Source of the DNA: Candidatus Limnocylindrales bacterium
Lineage (GTDB): Bacteria; Moduliflexota; Moduliflexia; Moduliflexales; JAUQPW01
NCBI GenBank assembly: GCA_035559535.1
Contig: DATMBG010000003.1
Span: forward strand, 1-64,000
DNA length: 64,000 bases
Reading direction: 5' to 3'
Part shown: piece after piece, positions 10,468 through 21,031 of the stretch
Numbering within the stretch: the stretch's first letter is position 1
Layout: the number at the start of each line of letters is the position of its first letter
The notes under the pieces: model-generated
The model's database searches: none
What the model was told of the DNA's origin: nothing
The model's input: the letters and a program-made list of their open reading frames with translations, nothing else
Program-made: the position numbers and the translations under genes

Positions 10468-12528
10468 TCAATAGGATTTACCCCAATGACTCTCAACAAC
10501 AGTCTTTGATTTATCTCCGATCCGAACCTTTAAAAAGGCTTTAAGTCCTTGCAGATACCGGACCAGTCTATATACGCCTTCAACGGCAAACATAAATAAA
10601 AGCGCATCGATGGGAAGCCGATATCTATCTTCTGGACTATTAAAAACCGATGGCATCAGGGTAAAGTAACCTACAGTCATCAACAACAGAATTGCATAAG
10701 TCCTGGAATCCGGTCTACGGGAAAAGTAAAAAATAATCCCCAGTAAACAAAATATCAAAACTACCTTCATGCTCATAGCCCCTTTTGTAAAAAAATAATG
10801 AATCCCCCACTTTATAGAGGGGAAATGATCAGTAGGGGTATTGGGAAAAGCACCCACGGAGAATCCCCTTGTCCATTTACAACACAAATTAGGAACATGG
10901 TTGGCCAGACAGATATGGATACTGTACTCTGGAACTGTAAGCATTTCATAGAATTGCTTGAAAGTATTAAGGATAAATTGGTAAGGATGTGCCCGGAGGG
11001 TTTCTAACGCAAAGGAGAACAGAGCTTTATCGGCCTCAAGTTCTGAGTATCCGAGTTTGAAAGTTAATCGATTTTTTACCTCATAATAAACAACCTTGTT
11101 TCTTAAACGTTCTTCTTCATAGATTCGTTTTATAAGGGGGTAACGCGTGTTCTCTACAGGTCGCAGGCCATCCAGATCCAGCACCCTGTAAAAAAGCCCC
11201 AGACCCTGACCTCTACTGAGACCCCAAAACCCATAAGTCCTATGATTGATGAACATCCAGGGAGAAATAACGGCAAGATAGGTGGCGAAAGCCAGAACAG
11301 ACGGGAATATTATCCTTCTAATTCTTCCGGCTTTAAACCAGAGGACCAGCGGCAAACTTAAGATAAAAAACTGAGCTACGGGTCGGGTCAAAGCAAGTAG
11401 ACCGTATAAAATCCCCATGAGAAAATATCCTTTCCAGGAGTTTTTCTCCAGAATCTTTAAAGTGGCATACAGCCATAAACTTAAGAAAAAAATAAACAGT
11501 ACTTCGGTTTGAACAACGGTTTCATAATATAACAGGAGGGTATACAGGCTGAAGAGCAGGCTGCTATAAAAAGCGACGGTGGAATCAAAGATTTTTTTTG
11601 CAATTTTATAAAAGAAAATGATCGAAAGGAGCCCCAAGATGCGCTGGGCTATGATAACGAGGGTCCCTATTTTCGGGGTCTCACCGAAATATAAAAACAG
11701 CGCCAAAAATAACGGGTACAGGGGAGTGTGGTAAATCAGATGAGGAGAAAGACTGAACTGACTCAGGATGGCACGGGCCGTATTATAATAGATAATGGAA
11801 TCCGGCCATAGAATCCCGTAAGTACCCAGGGTCATAGTAAACCGGGCGGTTATTCCAACCCCTATAATTATACCTAAAGCCGACGTTTTTTGCCGGGCCA
11901 GGTGGAGGACATACAGGAAGACTCCTGACCAGATCAACACAAGAAGGTTTATAGCAGCGTCTAATCTCTGTTTGAAGAGATAATCTCGGGGACGGACCGA
12001 GGGGGGTAATAGGAAGGAGGAAGGAAGAGGTTCCAGAGATTGGTCTCCTCGAGCCCATAGAAGGACCAGCCCATAATTCCCTCCGACTTGAAAATATCGG
12101 ATTCGAATCGGATAAATTCCGGCCTTCACAGAAATCTGCCCTCTGGCCATTTTTAATCCATGAACCCCTCCATTATCTACAACGGGCCGGTCGTTTATAT
12201 AAAGTGAAGAACCATCATCGGACTGGGTTGCAAAACTATATTCTCCGGTCTCCTGGATGGCTATAAACCCTCTCCACTCGATACTGAATTGATTCCCTGG
12301 AAATCTTGTCTGACGCTCTCGGAGTACATCTTGAGAAATTTCCGGGTCAAGGGCTACAAACTCAGGATCTCCCTCCCAATTCGGGTTAGCGTAGTACTTT
12401 CCCTCCAGTCCATGGGGAATTTGAAAATATCGATTCAACCCATAGGCCCCCAAAGACAGAATCATCAAACAGCCTAGGAGGAAGATCCCAGGTTTCCCTG
12501 GCTTTATGGAAGGAGGAAAAATTGTCAT
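10468..12528 (-). CDS. PA14 domain + ArnT/PMT-family (GT-C fold) glycosyltransferase
   Basis: PA14 (SDDGS, NGGVH), then WPDS..Y...A, TPLYPLFLA, QTEVLF, LTRP and DRYRLP with many TM helices. Confidence 0.85.
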   Translation of the reverse strand: MTIFPPSIKPGKPGIFLLGCLMILSLGAYGLNRYFQIPHGLEGKYYANPNWEGDPEFVALDPEISQDVLRERQTRFPGNQFSIEWRGFIAIQETGEYSFATQSDDGSSLYINDRPVVDNGGVHGLKMARGQISVKAGIYPIRIRYFQVGGNYGLVLLWARGDQSLEPLPSSFLLPPSVRPRDYLFKQRLDAAINLLVLIWSGVFLYVLHLARQKTSALGIIIGVGITARFTMTLGTYGILWPDSIIYYNTARAILSQFSLSPHLIYHTPLYPLFLALFLYFGETPKIGTLVIIAQRILGLLSIIFFYKIAKKIFDSTVAFYSSLLFSLYTLLLYYETVVQTEVLFIFFLSLWLYATLKILEKNSWKGYFLMGILYGLLALTRPVAQFFILSLPLVLWFKAGRIRRIIFPSVLAFATYLAVISPWMFINHRTYGFWGLSRGQGLGLFYRVLDLDGLRPVENTRYPLIKRIYEEERLRNKVVYYEVKNRLTFKLGYSELEADKALFSFALETLRAHPYQFILNTFKQFYEMLTVPEYSIHICLANHVPNLCCKWTRGFSVGAFPNTPTDHFPSIKWGIHYFFTKGAMSMKVVLIFCLLGIIFYFSRRPDSRTYAILLLMTVGYFTLMPSVFNSPEDRYRLPIDALLFMFAVEGVYRLVRYLQGLKAFLKVRIGDKSKTVVESHWGKSY

Positions 12529-12872
12529 CGGTTTCGGTATTTATCATCTGGTCATGAACCCCAGAGACTTTTCCCGGCCAGATCCGGTTGAATTTAAATC
12601 CATTAAAAAAAGGGGAACCGATAAAACGGTAAATTACGTAGACCCTGGAAATTCCACCCCAAAATTACACGTTTTAAGTAAAAAACTCACTGTGAGAGGG
12701 TCATTTCCTGCTTTTTTAGGGTATAATCCGGTTGCCCATTCCAGTAAGTTCGCTTTATTCTAATAATATCTATAGCACCGAAGATATTATCGAAAGAAAT
12801 CGGGATGTCAACAGAAAATGGAATCTTATCTAAAACCCGGATACCGGATAGGGGAGCGGTAAAATAAGTTTT

Positions 12873-14087
12873 ATGAAAAAAGGAAGTTTTTGGAGGAAAA
12901 CGGGCGAGATGGTTTTTTTAACTATGGGGATTCCCTTCGTCTTTTTCGCCCTGCTGGAGGCCCTTATCAGATTTTCAGGAATCAATACCGACGTAGTTAA
13001 AAGTAAGAACTTTCAGGTTGAGGTACCCGTTTGGGCCTCCAACGATATCAATTTTTTTGCCGCGGAAGGAATTTACAGACAAATTCTGGATAATACCCTT
13101 TCTGTAGAGTCTGCGGACTGGTTGAATTATTTTGAAGAAGCCTCCTACGTCCACTATAAGATGAAGCCCCGGGTCTCTGCTTATGTGACCAACACGGTAA
13201 ATCGGATAGAACTGGAAAAGGGGATTAAAGTGTTTATGAAATCTAACTCTGAGGGGTTTCGAACTGAAGAGATTCCCATTCACAAGGAGAAAAATGTCTA
13301 TCGAATTGTTCTCCTGGGAGATTCCAGTACGTTCGGGTGGGGAGTCAATCAAGATGAAAGGTTTTCAAGATTTTTAGAGGATAAGTTAAATTCTGTTCAG
13401 AATTCCACCCGATATGAGATTATTAACCTGGGAATACCGGGCTATACCACGGATCATGGGATGGCTGCTTTTCAACACTATGCCTTAAAATATTCTCCCG
13501 ATATGATGATTCTCAGCTTTGGGGCCAATGATGGAAAGCCTGTCCCTCAAAGGGCCAAGAAGTTTTTGAAGCTTAATCCCTGGATGGAAGATCTGCAGGG
13601 ATTTTTAAGAAACTTCTCCACGTATAAATTGATGCGGAAAATCCTTCTCTCCTTCTACAATCCCTTCGATGCCCTGCATAGCCAAAACCCAAAGGGTCCT
13701 GTGGAGCCCTTTGTGACCTTTCTGGAATACCAAAAAAATTTAGAATACCTGATCGATACAGGAAGGGAAAAAGGTATTGAAACGGTTCTTCTGGGACTTT
13801 GCTGCCCAAAGAGTTATCTGGATATTATGCGAAAGGTTGCTCAAAGCAAGAACGTTCCAATGATAGACGGCATGCATGTGTTGATCCAAAGTATTCCCGA
13901 GGTTCAGGAAGGAAAGCACTATCCGGAGCTTGCTCGGCACTATAAGGACTTATTCGGGGAGGAATCCCTTAGGAACAGACGTTTGTGGTATGTCACCAGT
14001 GATACCTGTCACCCCAATGTTATCGGGCATAGAATCCTGGCAGAAGCTCTCTACGATCGAATTTTTGCAGAGAAAATAAAACCCTAG
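12873..14087 (+). CDS. Membrane-anchored SGNH/GDSL family hydrolase/transferase
   Basis: TM helix ending LEALIR; NSEGFR; GDSSTFG, NLGIPGY, FGAND, DTCHP. Confidence 0.9.
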   Translation: MKKGSFWRKTGEMVFLTMGIPFVFFALLEALIRFSGINTDVVKSKNFQVEVPVWASNDINFFAAEGIYRQILDNTLSVESADWLNYFEEASYVHYKMKPRVSAYVTNTVNRIELEKGIKVFMKSNSEGFRTEEIPIHKEKNVYRIVLLGDSSTFGWGVNQDERFSRFLEDKLNSVQNSTRYEIINLGIPGYTTDHGMAAFQHYALKYSPDMMILSFGANDGKPVPQRAKKFLKLNPWMEDLQGFLRNFSTYKLMRKILLSFYNPFDALHSQNPKGPVEPFVTFLEYQKNLEYLIDTGREKGIETVLLGLCCPKSYLDIMRKVAQSKNVPMIDGMHVLIQSIPEVQEGKHYPELARHYKDLFGEESLRNRRLWYVTSDTCHPNVIGHRILAEALYDRIFAEKIKP

Positions 14088-14093
14088 GCTTTA

Positions 14094-16439
14094 TCAAGGG
14101 TTACCAGGCGGGTGTAATCGGTAGAGTACGGTTCCATCTGATCCCGTGGCTACCTGTATGAATTCAGGTCGATGGGCCAGGGTCGCAAGGACTGCTTCTG
14201 CCTTGGAGGGATCGTAATAGCGGGTCGGATGGACGACCACATAGGTAACTCCTATCCGTTGTAGCTCTTCAATAGCAGCTTCCGATGGAAAGTCCGGGAG
14301 TATTTTAGAATACCGTCTGTAGGAGGAGGGGAAGAAGCTACTATACCCGTTGACAAGGGGTTTCCAGTGCAGGGTTGAAGCTAGCATATAAGGGGCGTTA
14401 TCCGCGGCCTGCGAGATAGGGTAGAAGGGTATTTCGGCAACTACGGCAGGTCCTGGATCCCGGGCAATATATTGATAAATTTCCGGAATTCCTTCAAAGG
14501 AAACATAATTCATGGGGGCGCGAAGAGCTTCTATATTGACCGCGATTACAAGTCCAAAAGCCAGGAAGGTTATCCAGCGACGTCCGGCAAATCGTCGTCT
14601 GAGCCGGATAAGGCCGTAACTTGCAAGGGCGGCTAAGGCCAGTAAGAACAGATATCCAAACCGGGAAGTCGCTCGAATTCCCCATAAGGGTGGAAAGAAT
14701 TGATAAAGCCAGGTATAGACAGGTGTGGCAGGACCAAAAGATAAGAGAAAACCCATTATTCCAATACCTATGAACATACGGACCCGTCCGTTGCGCAGAG
14801 CGCATCGTCCATTGACTAGCTTGATAACAGAGAGTCCCACCGCAAGAATACCCGGGAATAACGTTTCCTGAAGGGAAGATAAACGGTGACTCCAGATAGC
14901 ATAATGCAATCTTCCGACAGCAGCCACATAAGAAGTTAAGGAAGCAGAGGTTACAGCATCGAGCGGGCGGATCATCTCTGGACTCCGATGAACGACCCAG
15001 TAGGGTGCCAATAAGGGTAGGACGATTACCGCAGTAATCAGGGTGGCTAGGCCCATACGGGAGAGAACGGGAGCTATAGAACTTCCCCACCATTCGTCGA
15101 TCCGTATCATCAGCCCAATGCCTACGGCAAAAATGGCAAAGACCCCCAGGTAACCCGAAGTCAGGCACAAAAGGGCCACCAGGCATCCTAACTGGATGGA
15201 ATCTTTCAGGCGTCGATGGAGGATCAACCGGTCCAGGGTCAAAAGAGCCCATGGAAGCCAAAAGGCATAATGGGCTTGAAGATGTGGTAATCGTGTCAAG
15301 GTATGGGCGTTAAAGGCCAGAAGTGAGCCTCCCAAAAGACCTGCTAGGTGATCTCCTGTGAACCTCACTACCAGCCCATACATCGCCAGGGCGGTCAGAA
15401 AAAATCCTAAAAGTAAGAGCACGTTATAGGTAAGAACCGGAGAAGCTCCAAATTCCCGTAAGGGTACGGCCAGAAGACCAGGAACGAGAAACGGATCGGA
15501 GAAGGCCAGAGCGTAGGGTTCAGGGTAAAAAATGTTTGCATGGAAGAGGTGAAGGGGATCCCGGGTCAGACTATGGGCAATCCAACACAGGGTCCAGGTA
15601 ATATGTACCGTATCCAGGTTATTGTTACGGGACCATCGGGCCGGATTTGCCACCAAAGGCCAGGTGTGAAAAACCGTCAAAAACAGAAAAAAAACCATGG
15701 CAAAGAGTCCCTGACGTAAGGGGATGGGATAATAAGGAGGATAATCGGGATGGGTCCTGGCATAAAATCTTCTCACTTTAATCCCCAGGGATTTAAAAAG
15801 CTTTAACCATCGATCCGAAGAGAAGATCAGATAACCTAAGACTCCTGCCCAAACCAGTTTAAGAAGAAACCCAACGGTATTCAGTCTTTGACGGAGCTTG
15901 TAATTTCCATAATTCACCGGTTGGGGCGACAAAATCGATGAAGGAAGACGTTTTAAAGGTTGGTTCCCTTGAGCCCAGGAAAGAGCCAGCCCATAGGAAC
16001 CTCCGGCCTGAAAATATTTCAGCTGAATCGGATAAACTCCGGCTTCCAGATAGATATGTCCGGTAGCCGTTTCCAGGCCATGGGTACCTCCATTATCCAC
16101 CACGAGTTGGTTATTTATAGACAGGGAAGAACCATCATCCGAGGCAATGGTAAAGGCATACTCCCCGGTCTTCTCAATAATGATAAATCCCGTCCAGAGA
16201 ACACTGAATCGATTCTCGGGGAATTTTTTCCGGCGCATCCTGAGTAAATCGGTAGAAATTTCTGAATCCAGGGTCACCCACAGAGGTTCTCCCCGCCAGT
16301 TTGGATTAGGATAATAGCTACCCTTTAATCCCTGGGAAATTACAAGGTGTCGGTCTAATCCATAGGCTCCCAAGGATAGAAGGACTAGACACCCGAGAAG
16401 GAAGGCTGAATGTTTCGTTAGATGCGGAATAGATCTCAT
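14094..16439 (-). CDS. PA14 domain + YfhO-like GT-C fold membrane glycosyltransferase (start probably at ATG MRSIPH)
   Basis: PA14 (SDDGS, NGGTH), then LFHANIFYPEPYALAFSD, IRATSRF and HWKPLVNGYSSF motifs with many TM helices. Confidence 0.8.
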   Translation of the reverse strand: MRSIPHLTKHSAFLLGCLVLLSLGAYGLDRHLVISQGLKGSYYPNPNWRGEPLWVTLDSEISTDLLRMRRKKFPENRFSVLWTGFIIIEKTGEYAFTIASDDGSSLSINNQLVVDNGGTHGLETATGHIYLEAGVYPIQLKYFQAGGSYGLALSWAQGNQPLKRLPSSILSPQPVNYGNYKLRQRLNTVGFLLKLVWAGVLGYLIFSSDRWLKLFKSLGIKVRRFYARTHPDYPPYYPIPLRQGLFAMVFFLFLTVFHTWPLVANPARWSRNNNLDTVHITWTLCWIAHSLTRDPLHLFHANIFYPEPYALAFSDPFLVPGLLAVPLREFGASPVLTYNVLLLLGFFLTALAMYGLVVRFTGDHLAGLLGGSLLAFNAHTLTRLPHLQAHYAFWLPWALLTLDRLILHRRLKDSIQLGCLVALLCLTSGYLGVFAIFAVGIGLMIRIDEWWGSSIAPVLSRMGLATLITAVIVLPLLAPYWVVHRSPEMIRPLDAVTSASLTSYVAAVGRLHYAIWSHRLSSLQETLFPGILAVGLSVIKLVNGRCALRNGRVRMFIGIGIMGFLLSFGPATPVYTWLYQFFPPLWGIRATSRFGYLFLLALAALASYGLIRLRRRFAGRRWITFLAFGLVIAVNIEALRAPMNYVSFEGIPEIYQYIARDPGPAVVAEIPFYPISQAADNAPYMLASTLHWKPLVNGYSSFFPSSYRRYSKILPDFPSEAAIEELQRIGVTYVVVHPTRYYDPSKAEAVLATLAHRPEFIQVATGSDGTVLYRLHPPGNP

Positions 16440-16547
16440 AGCAAGGTATCTTTTTCGTAGAAATTCACAACCTTTTTCTTCCTCCCCTATCCTCTCCCAT
16501 TTTTCATCCAAAAGTCAACTAAATTTGGGAACCCGGTCTTTTTAACG

Positions 16548-16576
16548 TTGACAAGGGAAAATTTAAGCACTAAACA
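16548..16576 (+). promoter_or_regulatory. Putative sigma70 promoter for the TolB-like gene
   Basis: TTGACA-17 nt-TAAACA. Confidence 0.4.
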
Positions 16577-16698
16577 TAAAGTGTTGTTGGCTTTATTTGC
16601 TTCAAAATCTCCTCATTTCAGGAGAAAGAAAATTTGCCCGTAATTCTATGTAAGTGTAAACAACTTATGGATAGAATTGCGTGTAAGTTATTTTGGAA

Positions 16699-17682
16699 AT
16701 GAAACAGTGTTGGTTCCTTCCGATATTTATTTTAATCTCCCTTCTTATCATAGGATGCCGGGATCAAACCTCATCTCCTCATAAGTCGTCCAAAAAAGGG
16801 GCTTCGGTTCAGGAGGCTACTCCTCAGGTTGTCCAGCCTGTATCTAATCAACCCTCTCCGAACAACCAGGGGCATCTGCCAGGTAAGATTGTCTTCCAAT
16901 CCAATCGAGATGGGGATTTTGAAATCTTTGTCATCAATCCGGATGGAAGCGGATTAAAACAGCTCACCTTTAATAAGGCCGAGGATGAATATCCCACCTG
17001 GTCACCGGATCGGAGTAAAATCCTTTTTGTTTCAAACCGGGATGGACATTGGAATGTCTATGTCATGAATGCAGATGGAAGCAATCAGACCCGACTGACT
17101 GATAATAAGACCGATTATGCTTCTCCGACCTGGTCTCCCGACGGCAAGCAGATTCTCTTTGATTCCAAGGAGACTTCTCGTTGGGGTATTTATATCATGA
17201 ACAGTGATGGAACCAATAAGAGACCTTATAAGGTAGAAAGTCCCTGGAAAGAGAATATTTTGGCAAACTGGTCTCCTGACGGCTCTAAAGTTGCTTTCAC
17301 ATCTAAAAGGCTTATGGGATGGCAGGTCCATGTGATGAATGCCGATGGTAGCAATGAAAAACAACTCACCAACGCCAGTGGAAGTTGCAGACCTCATTTT
17401 TCTCCGGATAGTAAAAAAATAGCCTATGTCTCCACGGAAGGGGATGGAAAAGGAGACATCTGGATTATGGATCCCGACGGGAGCAATAAAACCCGGGTCA
17501 CCACCGATCCGAATTATGATTATCATCCTTCTTGGTCTCCAGACGGAACCAAAATTGTTTATGCCAATACAACCGACAAAAAAAACGCCGACTGGAATCT
17601 TTTTATCGTCAATGTGGATGGAAGTAACCCCGTTCAACTCACCAACGATAGGAGCGTCAATAACCACCCCGATTGGAAATAG
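16699..17682 (+). CDS. TolB-like PD40 beta-propeller lipoprotein
   Basis: Lipobox LIIGC; six repeats of P.WSPDG.KI.F.S...IY.MN.DGS. No other tol-pal genes adjacent. Confidence 0.85.
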   Translation: MKQCWFLPIFILISLLIIGCRDQTSSPHKSSKKGASVQEATPQVVQPVSNQPSPNNQGHLPGKIVFQSNRDGDFEIFVINPDGSGLKQLTFNKAEDEYPTWSPDRSKILFVSNRDGHWNVYVMNADGSNQTRLTDNKTDYASPTWSPDGKQILFDSKETSRWGIYIMNSDGTNKRPYKVESPWKENILANWSPDGSKVAFTSKRLMGWQVHVMNADGSNEKQLTNASGSCRPHFSPDSKKIAYVSTEGDGKGDIWIMDPDGSNKTRVTTDPNYDYHPSWSPDGTKIVYANTTDKKNADWNLFIVNVDGSNPVQLTNDRSVNNHPDWK

Positions 17683-17690
17683 ACGAAAAA

Positions 17691-17721
17691 ACTTGACAGA
17701 GCGGTCAGGATTTAATAGATT
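17691..17721 (+). promoter_or_regulatory. sigma70 promoter of the Rrf2 gene overlapped by a degenerate Rrf2 operator
   Basis: TTGACA(17693)-17 nt-TAGATT(17716); CTTGAC-N6-GTCAGG has the same core and spacing as the palindrome at 18441. Confidence 0.6.
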
Positions 17722-17784
17722 AACTTAAGGGAGACGTTTATACCTCGCAACGTTTTTATATGTAAACGAGAAACGAGGTTTATT

Positions 17785-18291
17785 ATGAAAATCACGGCAC
17801 AAGAAGAATATGGGTTGCGTTGTATTCTGCAACTGGCCCATTATCCTCCCGGTGAGCCGGTATCGGTCACTGAAATTGCCGAGAAGGAAGGTCTTTCCAC
17901 AGATTATGTAACGAAACTTCTGATTCTCCTACGACGGGCAGGTTTGGTTGAAAGTATTCGAGGGGTTAACGGGGGTTATACACTGACTAAAAGTCCCGAA
18001 AATATCCTGATGATAGATGTCTTACAGGCTCTGGACGAAGACTCTTTTTTCTACCATGAAACCGGCGAATTGGATCTCTGTAAGCAATTCCCCGGAAAGC
18101 TTGAGGAATGTACCCACGTGAAACAGTGTGGTATTCGTCCCGTATGGTATTCCCTCATGAAATATATCTACACTGTATTTGGTCATATCACGCTGGCGCA
18201 CCTCATGAGAGAAGAAAAAGGAAAAGAATTCCTGAATAGGGCAATGGAACCTCAGCAAGAGCTGATTCAGATCAGTGAGGGTTCCGGTTAA
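17785..18291 (+). CDS. Rrf2-family (IscR/SufR-like) Fe-S transcriptional regulator
   Basis: YGLR..LQLA, SIRGVNGGYTL; three C-terminal Cys (LC...EC..KQC); directly upstream of suf. Confidence 0.92.
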   Translation: MKITAQEEYGLRCILQLAHYPPGEPVSVTEIAEKEGLSTDYVTKLLILLRRAGLVESIRGVNGGYTLTKSPENILMIDVLQALDEDSFFYHETGELDLCKQFPGKLEECTHVKQCGIRPVWYSLMKYIYTVFGHITLAHLMREEKGKEFLNRAMEPQQELIQISEGSG

Positions 18292-18440
18292 TACCGAAGA
18301 TTTTTCACAAAAAGGGCTTGACGAAGAGCTTAAGACCACCCATTTTAATTATTGGGCTATGGAAAATAGCTAAAGTTGCTTGGAAACTGTCTGTGAAGTG
18401 GTTTCCAGATTAAAAATGCAAGATTTATTTTTTTTGATTC

Positions 18441-18466
18441 TATACCTGACAAAATTGTCAGGTATA
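18441..18466. promoter_or_regulatory. Rrf2/IscR-type operator upstream of sufB
   Basis: Perfect 12-bp inverted repeat TATACCTGACAA-AA-TTGTCAGGTATA, resembling IscR type-1 sites. Confidence 0.75.
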
Positions 18467-18629
18467 AGAGGTTCTCTTCCGAGAGAAGACGTCATATTTA
18501 TTGGATTTGTAAGAATGCCAGTAAGTTTTTCCGGATACTAATCAGTCCGTTGTCCGGGTTTAAGAGCCTACACTTTAAATAAGGTGAAAAAACCGAAAAC
18601 CACGGGCAACGAAGAAGGGATAAAAAGTT

Positions 18630-20075
18630 ATGAATAATGAGACGAGCACCCTGGAAACTTTAACGAGCCAGGAATATAAATATGGATTTGTAACAGAAAT
18701 CGAGGAGGAGACTGTTCCTAAGGGATTGAATGAGGACATTATTCGTTTAATCTCTTCCAAAAAGAAGGAACCGGATTTCCTGCTGGAGTGGCGGTTAAAG
18801 GCTTATCGACACTGGCTGACCATGAAAGAGCCGAAGTGGGCCAATGTTCACTATCCGCCCATTGATTATCAGGACATTATTTATTATGCGGCTCCGAAAC
18901 GGAGACCTAAGTGGAACAGCCTCGAAGAAGTAGATCCCGAGCTGTTACGTACCTTTGAGAGGTTAGGTATCCCGCTGGAAGAGCAAAAGCGACTGAGCGG
19001 TGTGGCCGTTGATGCGGTTTTTGATAGCGTCTCGGTGGCAACTACCTATAAGGAAAAACTTGCGGAGTTAGGGATTATTTTCTGTTCCTTTTCCGAAGCG
19101 GTTCAAAATTATCCGGATCTGGTTCAGAGATATCTCGGCTCTGTAGTGCCGTATACAGATAACTTCTTCGCGGCATTGAATTCGGCTGTTTTCAGTGATG
19201 GGTCCTTCTGTTACATCCCCAAGGGAGTACGCTGTCCCATGGAGTTATCGACTTACTTCCGCATCAATGCTTCAGAAACCGGTCAATTTGAGCGTACCCT
19301 TATCATTGCCGAGGAAGGAGCGTATGTATCCTATTTAGAGGGTTGTACAGCTCCCATGCGGGATGAGAATCAATTACATGCAGCGGTGGTGGAATTAATT
19401 GCCCATAAGAATGCAGAAATCAAATATTCCACCGTCCAGAACTGGTACCCGGGTGATAAAGACGGTAAGGGAGGAATTTATAATTTTGTAACCAAACGGG
19501 GTCTATGCCTGGGAGACAACTCTAAAATTTCCTGGACGCAGGTGGAGACCGGTTCGGCCATTACCTGGAAGTACCCCAGTGTAATCTTAAAGGGAGATAA
19601 TTCCGTAGGTGAATTCTACTCGGTGGCCCTCACCAATAATTATCAGCAGGCGGATACAGGTACCAAGATGATTCACATTGGAAAGAATACCCGCAGTACC
19701 GTCATTTCCAAAGGAATCTCGGCGGGTCATGGGAATAACACTTATCGAGGTTTGATTAAAATTATGAAAAATGCTTCAGGAGCCCGGAATTATTCCCAGT
19801 GTGACTCTTTATTAATTGGAGACAAGTGCGGGGCCCATACCTTTCCATATATCGAAGTAAGAAATAATTCGGCGCGGTTAGAACATGAAGCGACCACCTC
19901 AAAGATTGGGGAAGATCAACTCTTTTACTGTAATCAGCGGGGCCTCTCTACAGAAGATGCAGTGAATTTGATCGTCAACGGATACTGTAAAGAGGTGTTT
20001 CGCCATTTACCCATGGAATTTGCAGTGGAAGCCCAGAAACTCCTGGCGTTAAGTCTTGAAGGAAGTGTCGGTTAG
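18630..20075 (+). CDS. sufB: Fe-S cluster assembly protein SufB
   Basis: [36 protein letters not shown]-terminal LEGSVG. Confidence 0.98.
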   Translation: MNNETSTLETLTSQEYKYGFVTEIEEETVPKGLNEDIIRLISSKKKEPDFLLEWRLKAYRHWLTMKEPKWANVHYPPIDYQDIIYYAAPKRRPKWNSLEEVDPELLRTFERLGIPLEEQKRLSGVAVDAVFDSVSVATTYKEKLAELGIIFCSFSEAVQNYPDLVQRYLGSVVPYTDNFFAALNSAVFSDGSFCYIPKGVRCPMELSTYFRINASETGQFERTLIIAEEGAYVSYLEGCTAPMRDENQLHAAVVELIAHKNAEIKYSTVQNWYPGDKDGKGGIYNFVTKRGLCLGDNSKISWTQVETGSAITWKYPSVILKGDNSVGEFYSVALTNNYQQADTGTKMIHIGKNTRSTVISKGISAGHGNNTYRGLIKIMKNASGARNYSQCDSLLIGDKCGAHTFPYIEVRNNSARLEHEATTSKIGEDQLFYCNQRGLSTEDAVNLIVNGYCKEVFRHLPMEFAVEAQKLLALSLEGSVG

Positions 20076-20159
20076 CTTTGGAATTCAGAAGTCGGCAGTC
20101 AGAAGCCGGATTTTTACTCTTCTAACCTCCGGCTTCTGACCCTTGAACGCTGAGAAAGA

Positions 20160-20921
20160 ATGTTAAAAATACGTGATCTGCGAGTAGCTGTCGAGGATAA
20201 AGAAATTCTCAAAGGAATCAATCTGGAAGTCCATGCCGGAGAAGTCCATGCGATTATGGGTCCAAACGGCTCGGGAAAAAGTACCCTGGCCCAGGTCCTG
20301 GCAGGACGTGAGACCTACCGGGTAACCCATGGAGAGGTCCTTTATGAAGGAAAAGATTTGCTGAAGATGCCTCCCGAGGAGCGGGCTCGGGAAGGGATTT
20401 TCCTTGCATTTCAATATCCTATTGAAATTCCAGGAATTAGCAACAGCTATTTCCTGAAAGCTGCACTCAATGCCATCCGAAAGCATAAAGGCCTCGAAGA
20501 GTTGGATGCCATGGAGTTCCTTACCCTGGCAAAACAAAAATTAAAGATTGTTGAAATGGATCCAGGTTTTCTGAATCGCCCGGTTAATGAAGGCTTCTCA
20601 GGAGGCGAAAAGAAGCGTAACGAAATATTCCAGATGGCTATATTGGAACCTAAACTGGCTATACTAGATGAAACAGACTCCGGATTGGATATCGATGCCC
20701 TCAAAATTGTAGCTAACGGTATCAACAAACTCAGAAGTAAGGATAATGCGATTATTCTGGTAACCCATTATCAGCGATTGTTAAATTATGTGATTCCTGA
20801 CTATGTCCACGTTCTATTTGATGGACGTATTATTAAATCGGGTGGAAAAGAACTGGCTCTAGAACTTGAAGAAAAGGGATACGATTGGATTAAAGAAGAA
20901 GTTGAGACCGTTCGTAGTTAA
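20160..20921 (+). CDS. sufC: Fe-S cluster assembly ATPase SufC
   Basis: [41 protein letters not shown]. Confidence 0.98.
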   Translation: MLKIRDLRVAVEDKEILKGINLEVHAGEVHAIMGPNGSGKSTLAQVLAGRETYRVTHGEVLYEGKDLLKMPPEERAREGIFLAFQYPIEIPGISNSYFLKAALNAIRKHKGLEELDAMEFLTLAKQKLKIVEMDPGFLNRPVNEGFSGGEKKRNEIFQMAILEPKLAILDETDSGLDIDALKIVANGINKLRSKDNAIILVTHYQRLLNYVIPDYVHVLFDGRIIKSGGKELALELEEKGYDWIKEEVETVRS

Positions 20922-21031
20922 AAACCTGAAGGGTCTGGAGCGACCTGAATTAACAATTAGTTTGGATCCTTCAGGCGCTTAAAAGACGCTTCAGGCACTT
21001 AAAAACTTTAAACACTTCAGGCACTTTTAAA

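Noticed and set aside
14494..15261. Long alternative-frame ORFs (e.g. 255 aa here; 211 aa at 17032-17667)
   Set aside because: Nested in or antisense to well-supported genes, with no recognisable motifs.
7965..16439. Diversity-generating retroelement explaining the repeated PA14 segments
   Set aside because: No reverse transcriptase; the copies differ broadly, not in an adenine-specific way.
16699..17682. Calling this gene tolB
   Set aside because: It lacks the TolB N-terminal domain, is a lipoprotein, and has no tolQRA/pal context.
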